A DNA stretch of 64,000 nt. Source: Chrysomallon squamiferum (lineage: Eukaryota > Animalia > Mollusca). Below are positions 1-12,688 of the stretch, in pieces; the first letter of the stretch is position 1, and every line of letters begins with the position of its first letter. The position numbers were made by a program, and so were the translations under genes. The stretch covers positions 24,552,001-24,616,000 of the forward strand of contig CM022670.1 of assembly GCA_012295275.1 (NCBI GenBank), written 5' to 3'. Under the pieces are notes generated by a model. The model saw only the letters and a list, made by a program, of their open reading frames with translations, ran no database searches and was not told the origin of the DNA.

Positions 1-9
1 GTCTCTCTT

Positions 10-97
<88 letters not shown>

Positions 98-112
98 CGC
101 TTTATTTCTTTT

Positions 113-143
<31 letters not shown>

Positions 144-380
144 CGAAATGTAAAATCAACTAAATATAGCAATTTACTCAATCATCTATTTCAATACAGA
201 TTAACGGACGCAGCCACCGGCATATTGGACAGTATGCTTTCTATTTCTGCACAAAAGATTCCTTGTTAACAAGCGTAGATCGACACATCGGAAGAAAACC
301 GAAAGTGTATAATCGATTTCATTTAATAACCGTGGAGGCCACTGTATGTACAAAAAAGATTAATTCAGTTTGCCTGCGGC

Positions 381-415
381 AATAACAATAACAATAATAA
401 TAATAATAATAATAA

Positions 416-446
<31 letters not shown>

Positions 447-581
447 AAGAAGAAGAAGAAGAAGAAGAAAAAGATAAAAAATAAAAATTAAACAAAAAAT
501 CAAATCAAATCAAATATAGCAATCAATCAATCATTTAAAAGTTAAAAAATTGAATTTCTCTATGTCGTAAATTTTTACTGT
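381..581 (+). repeat. Copy 1 of a ~200-bp diverged direct repeat (copy 2 at 2338-2538)
   Basis: (TAA)n(GAA)n-AAATCAATC-TTTAAAAGTTAA..TTCTCT.TGTC.TAAATT...ACTGTT occurs at both sites. Confidence 0.6.
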
Positions 582-629
582 TTATTTATCCAAAATTACA
601 TTTAATAAAAAAATTAAATACGATAAATA

Positions 630-857
630 AATTCAGATTATGGAATCAATATCCAGGGTAACTAAAAAGGATATTTTAGATAAAAGATCATCTGTATTTT
701 TAACAAAACTATTTACAACTGGTTTTAAATAATATTCAGTGTATTCGGAAATGTTATATCAGGGGTCGGCAACCTTTTGGAGAGAGGGGGCCAGACAGCT
801 ATGGAGTGATATGGAGGAGGGCCAAGATATCAAATATATTACACACACACGCACACA

Positions 858-937
<80 letters not shown>

Positions 938-1950
938 GACCTCTCTCTCAATTTTTTCCTCAAGACTGAGCACCTAAAAAGGTTTAAAGAAAAAACAACG
1001 AAGTTAATGTAATAACTGGTGTCCACGTGTTCGGTTGGCGGGCCGGACTAAAACCCCTCGCGGGCGGGATGTGGATCGTGGGCCAAAGGTTGCCGACCCC
1101 TGAGTTATATGATTCGATCCACAATCAGAGATGACTGGTCGACCGGGTGGTATGCTGTTATCTCTCCATGTTTCAATGGACTTGTGTATCTTTGGGAATA
1201 GATAAAATTTTCGAGTCTGAGATTCAAATCGTGATGCTAGATAGTTCATCTGTTTTTTTACTTATACGACCTTTTTCCTGTGAATGAACACTATTTCTGT
1301 TAAATTTATTTCTATTGGTTTGCCAGATGGCTTCGTCCAATTTTGTATTATTTAGTTGCCTTTGGGCTTCGCGGATTTAATTTTCCCTTGATAAGATAAC
1401 AGTTACTGATCCCTCGTCTGCGTTTTGATTATTATTTTGCGCTTTTTTTTTTTTTAGACAGTTGAGAGATTTTGTTTATTTGAATAAACCGTTAATTTTC
1501 GAACATTTTCATATACATTATTGTAAGTTTTAACTATCTCGGGATCTATATTTGAAAGATGGGGTGTTCAACCGGAATTTTCTGCGAATGGAGATTTTTC
1601 TCCTCTTGAGTCTCTAAAATAACCGGCTAGTTTCACTTCATGTTCATTACGCCGTTATCGAAGAGTGCTTCTAAACTAGTTTTGGGTTGGAACAAAATTA
1701 AGGCCTCGGTCCAGTAGTGACCTTTCGGCGTCGTTAGATTTACGATGCTTGTATCTAACCCCTTTATTATGATGGTTATTTCCTTTACCTGAATTTAGTT
1801 TAAATTTAAGACATTTAACCAATTTAAATATATTCTGTTAGATGTACCTTCAGTCCAATGGATTAGATTGTGGATTACTTTCAAACTCGTTGTCTGGGAT
1901 TGCGGGTATTATATTTCTGTTCCTCAAAGTTTTAGCTGCCATTTTAATTT
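630..1950 (-). mobile_element. Degenerate Penelope-like retroelement (RT fragment), interrupted by a MITE
   Basis: Minus-strand translations in PLE order: ERSLLDRGLNFVPT (1685-1726), ADEGSVT (~1400-1422; DKG-like motif), FYLFPKIHK...PGRPVISDCGS (~1115-1210), then beyond the MITE YNISEYTEYYLKP...SFVKNTDDLLSKI and VTLDIDS (642-662). Stops and frameshifts are present, and the boundaries are approximate. Confidence 0.8.
760..1102. mobile_element. Non-autonomous hAT (Charlie-like) MITE, 343 bp, with an internal (CA)n
   Basis: Perfect 18-bp TIR CAGGGGTCGGCAACCTTT (760-777 / 1085-1102). 8-bp TSD TGTTATAT (752-759) / AGTTATAT (1103-1110), 7/8 match. Confidence 0.9.
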
Positions 1951-2337
1951 CTTTTAAAAAAATTAATTTGCTTTTTCCTAAAAATAAATAATAATTTGGA
2001 ATTTTTTTTTTATGGATAGAGATTATCATATATCTTATCTAGCTTGTGCTATTTGAAAGATTTTGGTCTTTACTGTTTATTCCTATATTCAAAATTCGCG
2101 CCTGGATTAAAATTAAGTTGGCATTCTTCTACTTGAATCTGACTATGTTTATCTACATTAATCCGATTTGAAGAGCCATAATTAAAGTTTTCTTAACCAT
2201 TTCAGGTAGGCGCCATTGTGTTCTATCAGACACGGTCTGTGTTTTATGTGTCTGTATCTATAAAATTGAAAGAGTGAGAGATTTTAAAACATCGTCGATC
2301 AGGACTTTTTAAAAAATATGATGTAATGATGATGACA

Positions 2338-2406
<69 letters not shown>

Positions 2407-2538
2407 AAGAAATAGATAAAAAAATAAATAAAAAATCAATCAATCAAATAATCAGTCAGTAAAAAGAAAAATTTAGAAAAACGCTAATATTTTAAAAGTT
2501 AATAAAGTCAAGTTCTCTCTGTCCTAAATTAAGACTGT
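2338..2538 (+). repeat. Copy 2 of the ~200-bp diverged direct repeat flanking the Penelope-like fragment
   Basis: Same microsatellite order and unique tail as 381-581. Confidence 0.6.
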
Positions 2539-2944
2539 TACTAACAATAGATTATTAGGCTTACTACTGCGACAGAAACATTCACAAAAAGCTATCACTA
2601 CTTCTACAGCAGCTGCTGAAAATTTCATTACTACTTCTAATATTGTAATTGCTAAAACAGCAGTATCAATAACAATAACTACTACTACTTTTACAATTAC
2701 TTTTACAACTACTGTTTCCAGTGTTGTTGTTAATGCTGGTATCATTGTTACTGCTACTGCTACTGATACTGCTACTACTACTGCTACTACTACTACTACT
2801 ACTACTAGTGATACTACTACAATTACTATAAATACTATTACCACTACAACTACCATTATATTATTGCTACTACTATTACTACAACTATCACTACTACTAC
2901 TACACCTATCACTACTACTACTACTACTACTGCTGCTACAACTA

Positions 2945-2989
<45 letters not shown>

Positions 2990-3317
2990 AATTAATAATT
3001 TTGTGTGTACTTAGTCTAGTCGCCAGTGTCTGTGAGTTAAGTTTAACATTTAATTGAACTTTATGCATGGAAATAACTTTCAGTTATCACATCCATCGGC
3101 ACAGTATCGATTAGTAATAACTAACAAATTCAATATTTTAGATTCATAAAATCCAGGCCCGAAAATTACGATTATAAGTAGCTACTAATATTTTCTATGT
3201 ATTCAGTTATAAATAAATACATTTAATGACATTTAATAATTATTTATACGAGTGTGTTTGTATAATGGTGTGTGTGTGTATATGTGTATTGTTTGTTTTA
3301 TTTATTTATTGGTTTTA

Positions 3318-3372
<55 letters not shown>

Positions 3373-5802
3373 TAATAATAATAATGTGTATCTGATTGGA
3401 TGTATGTATGCATTATGTGTGTTTGTATGTGTATTATGTATGTATGTGTGTATGTATGTATGTATGTATGTATTATGTGTGTTTGTATGTGTTTGTTTGT
3501 ATGTATGTATGTATGTATGAAAAATGTATGTATGTATGTATGTTTGTTTGTACGAAGAAAGTAGGCAGATATAGGTATACAATTTTATCCTAGCATGTGC
3601 TGTACATGTTTGTTACTTTATACATGTATCTATCTATGAATGTGTAATGTCATTTTATTACTGAATGTTGGCCATGAGATAAAAACTGGGCTTTTTTTTT
3701 AATATATGGGTTAACAGGTTTTTCAATCAATCTTAGGCAAATGTCAATATTATATCGGTAATGTGTCACAATGGGTAATTAGAAGAGACAAGCTCCAAAA
3801 ACTGGCATCAGAAAAAATTAAATTACTTCCTAACTAGATCAGAATGATGTTAACTTGTCATATCGGTCAACGACTCAACACAAATTCCCATCTCCTTCTT
3901 TGTTCCAGCTATTAATGGTATTAATAGTAATTATAATGATAAAGATGATGATGATGATGATGATGATGATGTAGATATCAACAGTATTAGATATAAAATA
4001 GAATAAAGAATTAAAATCAAAATAAACAAACATAAAAATTCAATAGGAAGCAAATCTAAAGGAATTTAAACGCAATTTTTTTTTTTTTGTCGATATTTGT
4101 ATGAGAATTACAGTTCTCTAAAGCACAATAAATGTAAAATAAATAAAAATTTGTTTCCATTAAATCCTTGCTGCTAATTCACAACGCTTTCGAGTCATGA
4201 ATTATAAAATATTAAATCTTCACAACAAATCCATTAAACTGAAACACTTTACAAAATGTCTTTTCAGCCTGTAAAAGTACTCTGTGTACAAGAACCACTT
4301 GACTGCCTTGCTGGCTTCTTTGAAAAATAAACATTAACAGTGTGAACCAGGTTGTAATCACAGAGGCTGGGGATGCATCCAATTACAAATAATATTGATA
4401 TTCTCACGATTACAGGATAATGGATTTTTAAAAAACAAATTTGTTGATAATGTATTTTTCATTGTAGAACTTATTCCAGTCTTTTCATTTGGTTTCGAAA
4501 GAACAGTGAAGTATGTAAAAGGTTTTATTATTGGTTATGCGCATGGAAATACTTGCGACACACACACACACACACACACACACACATTTTCTCTTCCTAT
4601 TTTCTCTCTGTCTTTCTCTTTATCGTATATGAGGAATGTCTTTTGCTCAGCGCCATTTGAAGAGGGCTGATATTGAGCAGTTCCTATTAGAGTTGTCCTA
4701 GAGGACTGTTAAATATTTTGGACAAGGGTGTCATTTCATTGCTTACCACAGACGCTATTTCATTAAATGTATACATTAAATAAAATTAAAATAAAAAATC
4801 AGATTTATTCTCGACTGCAGCTCGTTTTCTAAATCTGTTCGAGGAAATTCCTTCTTTGTGACAATAACTGCAAGAAAAAAAAAACCTTTCTTATAATTCG
4901 ATTATATTATGTGAACGGTGCTTAAAATAACCGCATGATAATAGCAGATATTGCTTTTAAAATAAAATATGTTTAAACCAGAGTGTTTAAATGTGTGTGT
5001 TGAACTGGAAGCAGTAATAACAAAGACAAATGTAATATCTATTCTGTAAATCACTGACGTCAGAGTCCAAATTTCCTTTTACTTTCTGCTTTTCAGCTCT
5101 GTTTAATTTACTGTAAGAAAGACGATGTGATAGGAAAATATATTTTCACTGACGATATAAGTGAGGATTCAGGGATAAGGATAACAGTCTAATTTTTGAA
5201 TATTCCATTAAAATTATGAACAATGCTCTTGTTTTAAGTAAATAGTAAAGAATTGTTGACACATTAGTCTAAGCTACTAATAAATTTTAGATATGTTGTT
5301 TCAACTTGGTTAAAGACCATACTGCAATTCGATGGTTCGAAAATCCACCATTCATACATTCATTACACGTACAAACTTACCTCTCTCACTCTTTCTCTCC
5401 TTCACTCCTTCTTTCTCTCTTCTTTTTCCTTCACTCTCTATTTCGCTCTCTCACTCACTCTCATACACAGACGACTTTATAAGTGCAGTGCCTCTTCAGT
5501 CTATAAATAATACAAGACCAGCACCAATTTATGAGCACAGCGCTACCCTATAAACTTACAGCCAACGCCAAAGGACAGTCTGGACTGATCCCCTGTCCAT
5601 TAGCAAGCGTCCTCTGTATTTTCCAATGAAATCATCCTATTAATGACAAGCACGGTAGTCGTTATCGTTGACAAAGGCATCGTCGTACAAAGGTTGCAGA
5701 CTTTCGTGATTTCGCCCGTTAGAAAATATCAGCGGTCGTTGTAGGCGAGAAAGATTGGAGTCAAAAATAAAAATGTCACGAATCGAAAAGATTATCACGT
5801 TC

Positions 5803-5938
5803 GGGGAAGCATTTTGTTAACGTTGGTAGTTCAGTGTTTTAATGAATCGATAGATTAAAGCGACAGATAAAATTTGAAGAGATATTTAGATGGGTGAGTG
5901 TCGGTGATAATGTATTTTTGTTAATAAATGTCAAAATA

Positions 5939-5971
<33 letters not shown>

Positions 5972-6145
5972 GATGATGATGATGATGATGAACTTGAAGG
6001 TGGTGGTGACTTTGATAATTGCCATGTCAACAACAACCGAGAAATAAATACTCTCAGCTGTAAACCTAATTTAAACAAGAAGTCAGTATTAAATAAATAA
6101 ACCAACAAACAAATAATTATAATAAAGCTGAGTGGTTTGATCTCA
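5803..6145 (+). repeat. Copy 1 of a ~340-bp diverged direct duplication (copy 2 at 7291-7624)
   Basis: GGGGAA.CATTTTG...GTCGGTGATAA...CTTGAAGGTGG...GATAATTGCCATGTCAACAAC...GAAGTCAGTATTAAATAAA...GGTTTGATCTCA is shared by both copies. Confidence 0.9.
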
Positions 6146-6256
6146 AGGACTGAAATGAAAAATACAATGGTTGGTTAATGCCTATCTATATAAATGATCT
6201 CTGCTTTCAAATGTTTATAAAAGTATTCCGAACGGATAGCTTCCTTAATATTATCG

Positions 6257-6324
<68 letters not shown>

Positions 6325-6419
6325 CAAAAAATGAAGTGCACTGATGTCATATATATTCATTCCTGTGTTTTAAATTAAATAAATAATAATAATAATAAAG
6401 TGTACCTTTGATGCTCGAA

Positions 6420-7290
6420 AATATAGTGTAAATAAATTATTCAAAAGTACTTTTTGATAATTAAGGAAGTACGTGGGTTTTTTAAGCCAGAAAACGTTAG
6501 AATTTTTAACTTTTGACTAAAGACATTACATTATTAAGGGGCATGCAGTCATTGCCCTTATCTTCTGAAACTTTTTAAGTTAACCCACATTTCCCTTTCA
6601 TGGATTAAAAGCTAAAACGTAGACTAAACTGACAACCTGCCTCGACATACCCACGGTGACACCTCTCCCACCATTTGTACGTGCTTAGCATGAGTGTAAT
6701 TCAGTGCATTCACATTTTACCAATAAAAGGTACGAGCATTTTTCTTTCACTTTAAATCTGAAGATGGTTCGACGACAACTCATTTGCAAGACTTGGGGAA
6801 CGACACCTGGCTGGCTGCAAGATGGACAAACTCAAAGATCTGAGTTTCACCGTCTAAATGTAAATCAAAGTGTTATCGATGGACTCTGGAAGAGGTTCGG
6901 GACAACTATTCAGAATGGCTCCCGATCTAGAAGACCAGTCAACAACAGCGCGAGAAGATCATTTCCTGATGTGACAGCGTTCTGTGATCAACTCAGAGCT
7001 GCTACAGGCAACAATGTATCTGACCAGACCATTAGGAGTCGTCTAAGAGAGCAAGTTTGCAACGTCGGCGTCTTGTAGTCCGATCACAGCTCGCCTTCAC
7101 TGGTGCAGACGACATATCCGGCGGAACCGTGGGCAGTGGGCAGAGACGTTATTCACAGACGAGTCACAGATTCTTGCTCCAGTTCAGTAATGGCCAGGCT
7201 TGTGTTTACTGTTCGTCAAGGAGAAAGATTTGCTGATGTTAACGTTCTTCAACGTCTACCGTTTGGAGGAGGAAGTGTAATGTTGTGGGC
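6420..7290 (+). mobile_element. 3'-truncated, frameshifted Tc1-like transposon
   Basis: From ATG 6764: MVRRQL..GWLQDGQTQR..RLNVNQSVIDGLWKRF (paired-like HTH), QLRAATGNNVSDQTIRSRLRE (second HTH), DES (first catalytic D region) and GERFADVNVLQRLPFGGGSVMLW (Tc1 GGGSVMVWG motif). The left boundary is uncertain and no TIR pair is seen. Confidence 0.85.
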
Positions 7291-7495
7291 GGGGAAACAT
7301 TTTGCTGACGTTGGTAGTTCAAAACATTTATAGATTGGTGAATGTCGGTGATAACTTATTTTTGTTAAGAAATGTTAAAATATATTATGATGATGATGAT
7401 CTTGAAGGTGGCGGTAACTGTGATAATTGCCATGTCAACAACTACGAGAAACAAATCCTCTCAGTTGTAGATCTAAATTAAACAGGAAGTCAGTA

Positions 7496-7543
<48 letters not shown>

Positions 7544-7624
7544 ATAAATAACAAAACAACAACAACAACAACAACAACAAAAAAAAAAACTTCTAAATGA
7601 ATAAAGCTGAATGGTTTGATCTCA
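7291..7624 (+). repeat. Copy 2 of the ~340-bp duplication, abutting the Tc1 truncation point
   Basis: Colinear with 5803-6145, lacking about 50 nt. Confidence 0.9.
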
Positions 7625-8895
7625 TCTTTATCTTTTGTTGTAGTTGCTGTTGTGGTTTTTTTTGTTGTTATTGTTTTTTCTTCCAGTCTTAATTAAAACG
7701 AAGTATAACAATGAAAGAGCATAATTAAAATTATCTGGACAAAATCTTCTATATCTCACAATTTGATCTAGTTTATTCTAGTTTTTGTGGCGAAAACACA
7801 GGATCTAGTCTGATAAGTACGCAATGACGTCACAATGCTGAGGCGAAGGTACAGAAATCGACGTTCAGATATTTGTAACAATATAATCTTATTGTCAACA
7901 TTAAACTTCTTTTTAAAACAATAAAATAATAACTTAGAATGAATTTTGTTAGATCATTTATTTGTACATTTTAATAATGTTGGTAACAGAAAATCAAGGC
8001 TGTAGTTTCTAACATATTGAACTATGTATTTCTCTACGGACCTCTGGTCCCTAAACACTGATAGATAAACATGTTCATGGACAAGGTAAGTTAGAAATAC
8101 CAAAAAAGAAAAAAAACAACAACAATAATTTGAAATAATCTACACGAGAGAAACTGTTTACGTGAATTTATCCTCACTCAATCGGGAGAAAACTGGAAAT
8201 TTACTTATAGTCTAGAACAAACCAGGAAGTATTCCAATACATTTTAACGATATCTGTAATAACTGGAGATAAATAATTAATACGCGTGGTCGATGTTTTA
8301 ATGTTTAGAATCACTAAGACAAATATTATATTATCATTCGGTTATATTTGAAAAAAAATATATATACATTTACCTGATAACATGATGTCTTGTTTTTTTG
8401 TTTTTTTCCTTATTAGCTTCCAAGATTATCAATATTTTATCATACTGTACTCAATTTAGGTTTTTTTAAAATGTATGTTATTTCAGCAGGTTGAAAAAAA
8501 AGTTGTTTTTCTTTCGCCATTAAAATCGTGTGTAAAAGGAAACCCCTTTCAGATGTCTTCTGAAATGTCAAACTCACATGGCGTAGTATTGCTTATGACA
8601 GATTAAGTCTTTGGAAAATCCCAAGAGCGGCAGGCTTATCTTTTTTTCACGAGTTTCCAAGAACATAAGACGTATAATTGGAACGGTTGACGCATTTAAC
8701 ATGCCAAAACCATCTGCGTTCATCAAAACCGGCATCCTTTAGCTTGAAGCGACGAATCTTCCAACGTCACTCAAAAGCCAGTGTTTGTGAATTTTAATAT
8801 TTATATTTATTTATTTATTTAATTTATTTTATTTCAGTTTATTTTATTTAAATGTTTGTTTTAGTTAGTGATAAATGTAGTTACGGCAGTTTTAA

Positions 8896-8958
<63 letters not shown>

Positions 8959-10529
8959 ATATTATTATTATTGTTGTTATTAACACAGCAATAGTAATAA
9001 CAATAATAATTATATAAAACAAAAATTAATTCAGAAATTAATTACAAACCAAAAGAAAATAGATTATTAATACCAAATAACGTGCTTGAACCTTTATTTA
9101 TGTGTTTAATAATATTATAAGCACACAGTAGGAACGACCATAGCAATTTTCCTGGATTCAAAACAAAGTTATGTCTTAAGACTAGACAGATGGCGTCAGT
9201 ATAATAAGAAATTAATGAATTCTGGCGCTTTTGAGAGTATTAAATTCAAAGTTTAATGAAAATTTTAAATAAAATAAACTATTATAAAAGAAGACAGAAT
9301 AAAATACCATAAAAAAAATATATATATATATTGGTAGAGCAGGCTAACATTACAGTCTTAGAAAGCATTTCAGGTAGCAATTCCAAACATAAGCAATTAA
9401 ATCGGTGTCTTTTTGTGTTTTGTTTTGTTTAACCATTTCTTATCGTTTCATGCGGATAAAGAAAAATACTGTTTGACGCTAGACAGTATAATATCTGATG
9501 TATTTTTCGTGTTTTTGGTAGCAAACTATATGAAGACCTTTAAAACTTATACTTTTGGTTAAACTATTTACCTAAAGTTTTCAAACATAAATTGGAGTCT
9601 ACATGTTGGAATGGTTTTAGTCAGATATAATGAAATTTGTTACCGTAAAGATCTAATAAATAACTTTATTAGTAACGATCGAAACATCTGTTTCACTGAG
9701 TGAATAACTGTTTTCTGCTGCAGTAGACATATTGGAATCTGCATTCAGTATTTTTGAAGTTTCTACTGATCATAATGACAGTAATGATGACAGCGTTGGT
9801 AATGAAGTTGTTGTAGTTGTTGTTGTAATTGGTTTTGTTATTTTTATTGTTGTTATTAATACTGTTTTAGTTTTTATTGTAATGATTGTAGCTATTGTTA
9901 TTATTTTTTCTTTCCCACAAACAAATTTATCATTTTGCTCTGTAATGGCCATACGTTTCTTATTTTTCTTCCGACGACTACCAAACGTGATCACAGCATG
10001 GCTGTTCTCTAGGACCAGGAAGCTTCATCTTTGAAGTCAAACCTACCTACACAACGGCTAGTTACATTTGCCATTTCAGGTAAATGTCACGACCATAAAC
10101 CACAAACACCAGAACTCTGATTTCAAAGGCTTTTGCAAGAGAAAAGAACTATTTCTATCAGCAGGATATTGGTAGTTGTCGTGAGGAGGTTTCCAGTGAC
10201 GAGATAAATAAATAAAGCACGCGAATCCGCATCACCATTGCTAAAGATAGGACGTAAGAATTCATTGAATAAAACGGCTCTTTTATTACTACGTTATGTA
10301 ATTAAACACATAAAAGAATTATAACTATCCACGGTTAAATTACCGCTGTAAACAATAAACCTACTGTATCAGTAGGTTTATTATCAAAGGTGAAATATTT
10401 GTAAAGCATGATATGGCACAGTTCTGAGGGTTTCTGTTTCTTTGCTTTTTCTTTTTCCCTGCATGCATGTTCAAGATATTGATGTGATGTGATATAAGCA
10501 TAATGTATGTGTTACTGTTATATTGGTGG

Positions 10530-10591
<62 letters not shown>

Positions 10592-10603
10592 CATACATAC
10601 ATA

Positions 10604-11358
10604 CAGTGGTACCTCGAGTTACGAGTGCTCAAACTTACGAATTATGAGCAGCCGCCGGTTCATATTTTTGCTTTGAGTTGCGAGCCAAAGTCCGAGTTAC
10701 GAGCTAGATGGCGCAACGAACAACATAACATCCGCCCAGCATCCCGAGTCTCACGTGTTTGCTTCACGTGTTTACCTCGCCGTGGAAACGTCTCTGTTGT
10801 GATTATGCTCGCGTTTTGTGCAGTATTTTGTCAAATTTCCATGGATCCTAAGAAAGTGAGTGCAAAGGATAGTGCCGAGAAGAAGAAGCGGATGATGTCT
10901 ATTGAATTAAAGGATGAAATCATAGAAAATCACGAGCGAGGAGAGCGTATAATCAACATGGCTAGGCAATACGAGCGTAGTACATTACGATATGTACTAT
11001 ACTGAAGCAGAAGGAGTCGATAAACCCTATAATTCCAGCCAAAGACATTAAAATAATTTATAAGCTGCGGACTTCTGTCTATGAAAAGATGGAGAAACCC
11101 TAAGCCATGTACACTTTACAAAACCAATTTATTTCTTTACATTTTCTTTTATTTTGTTTTTATACAATATTTGTCATTTATACATACATTTTTCTTATTT
11201 AAAACACGTTACAAAACATTTGGGTGGTTTTGGGGACTGGAACGGATTAATGGTATTTCAATTAATTTCATTTGGGAAAACTGATTTGATATACGAGTAA
11301 ATTTGAGTTACAACCTCGGTCACGGAACGAATTAAACTCGTAAGTCAAGGTACCACTG
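10604..11358 (+). mobile_element. Internally deleted Tigger/pogo-family DNA transposon, 755 bp
   Basis: 23-bp TIR CAGTGGTACCT(C/T)GA(G/C)TTACGAGT with 2 mismatches and TA TSDs (10602-03, 11359-60). Residual transposase N-terminus from ATG 10841, MDPKK..KKKRMMSIELKDEIIENHERGERIINMARQYERST../ILKQKESIK, matches the CENP-B/psq-type HTH. The DDD domain is absent. Confidence 0.92.
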
Positions 11359-11362
11359 TATA

Positions 11363-11393
<31 letters not shown>

Positions 11394-12081
11394 TTGTAGT
11401 TTAAGGCCGTGTTTTGTGTATCTGAAATAGCTAAAACATTAGTATTAGTGCTGGTTTCAGAAATCATTATACTACATTAGCTGATACTGGTAAGGACTGG
11501 AATACTGACAACATCAAAGGTAAAGATATTAACAATTAAGTATATTACGTACGTTTATATTCATTATTTTCCTGCACTATTTTTTCGACAAGGTCTTCTG
11601 GCTTTCTACCTAGATAATCATTCTAAAAATGAAACATATCGTTGGTAGCACATTCCCCAATCTATATTTACATAAAGCGAGCACACTCAAACAGATGGCA
11701 ACACATCAGCTCAGTCATACGTCCACTCTCGCAATTTTCCTGATTTGGCATTAGTATGTCCTTTTTGTGTGACCATCACCGTGTGATTCAAAGTATCTAA
11801 TATCGTCATCAGCTAAAACATTTAGCAGCTTTTAGTAGCCACGGCGAGAGTGCCTGGCTCCGGGCGGCAAATTGGAAACAGATTACACCGATTTTATTGA
11901 CTTCCAAAGTGTTTGATTTCTGAAATTGGCTATCACATAATTCTGACCTTAGACTGACATCCACGTTTGCCAAATTCAGCGCAAACGTATCCTGTTTACG
12001 TCACGCCGGCTTGAGTCAACCAGTACTGTATGTTTCGTATATATATATAAATAATATGTTATGTATATATACAGTATTCGA

Positions 12082-12482
12082 ATTTAGTTACTAAAGTGAC
12101 TCTCGATGTTAAATGATTAACAGTTCTACAGTTATAAGCACAATCATTTAATGTTCCATTGACAGTTTTGTAAATAGAGTGAATGAATTTTAAACTGCAC
12201 ATGGTTGTTTATATATATATAATATTATTTTTCAAGACATTAAAACGTTAGAAAATAGATAAATTTGCTGTTTTGATGATGTTGCTACAATTAAAAATGT
12301 AGAAACGTAAAAATGAACTGTGTTACTCAGAATGTATTTAAACAAGGCAAATAAACAACCATGTGCAGTTTAAAATACATTTACGTCTGTTTACAAAACT
12401 GTCACAAGAACGTTATATAAAAGTGCTTATAACTGAAGAACTGTTAATCATTTAACATTGGGAGTCACTTTAGTAACTAAAT
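12082..12482. mobile_element. Foldback/MITE-like element with ~130-bp inverted arms
   Basis: 12082-12212 (ATTTAGTTACTAAAGTGACTC...TGCACATGGTTGTTTAT) is the reverse complement of 12351-12482 with scattered mismatches. The spacer is ~138 bp and no clear TSD is seen. Confidence 0.75.
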
Positions 12483-12614
12483 GTATGGCTATACCTTGGA
12501 GAAAGTCATCAAGTTTACGACCTGTGGTATTATAAACGTTACACAGATTCTGTAATCTAATTTACAGTTTTATTTGTACCTACCTAAATGAACATATTTT
12601 TTTAAAGACTGTTA

Positions 12615-12688
<74 letters not shown>

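Noticed and set aside
8577-8735. Short minus-strand ORF (MPVLMNADG...) ending at a GTGAGT
   Set aside because: No similarity to the exon family, donor is not phase 0, and no recognisable motif.
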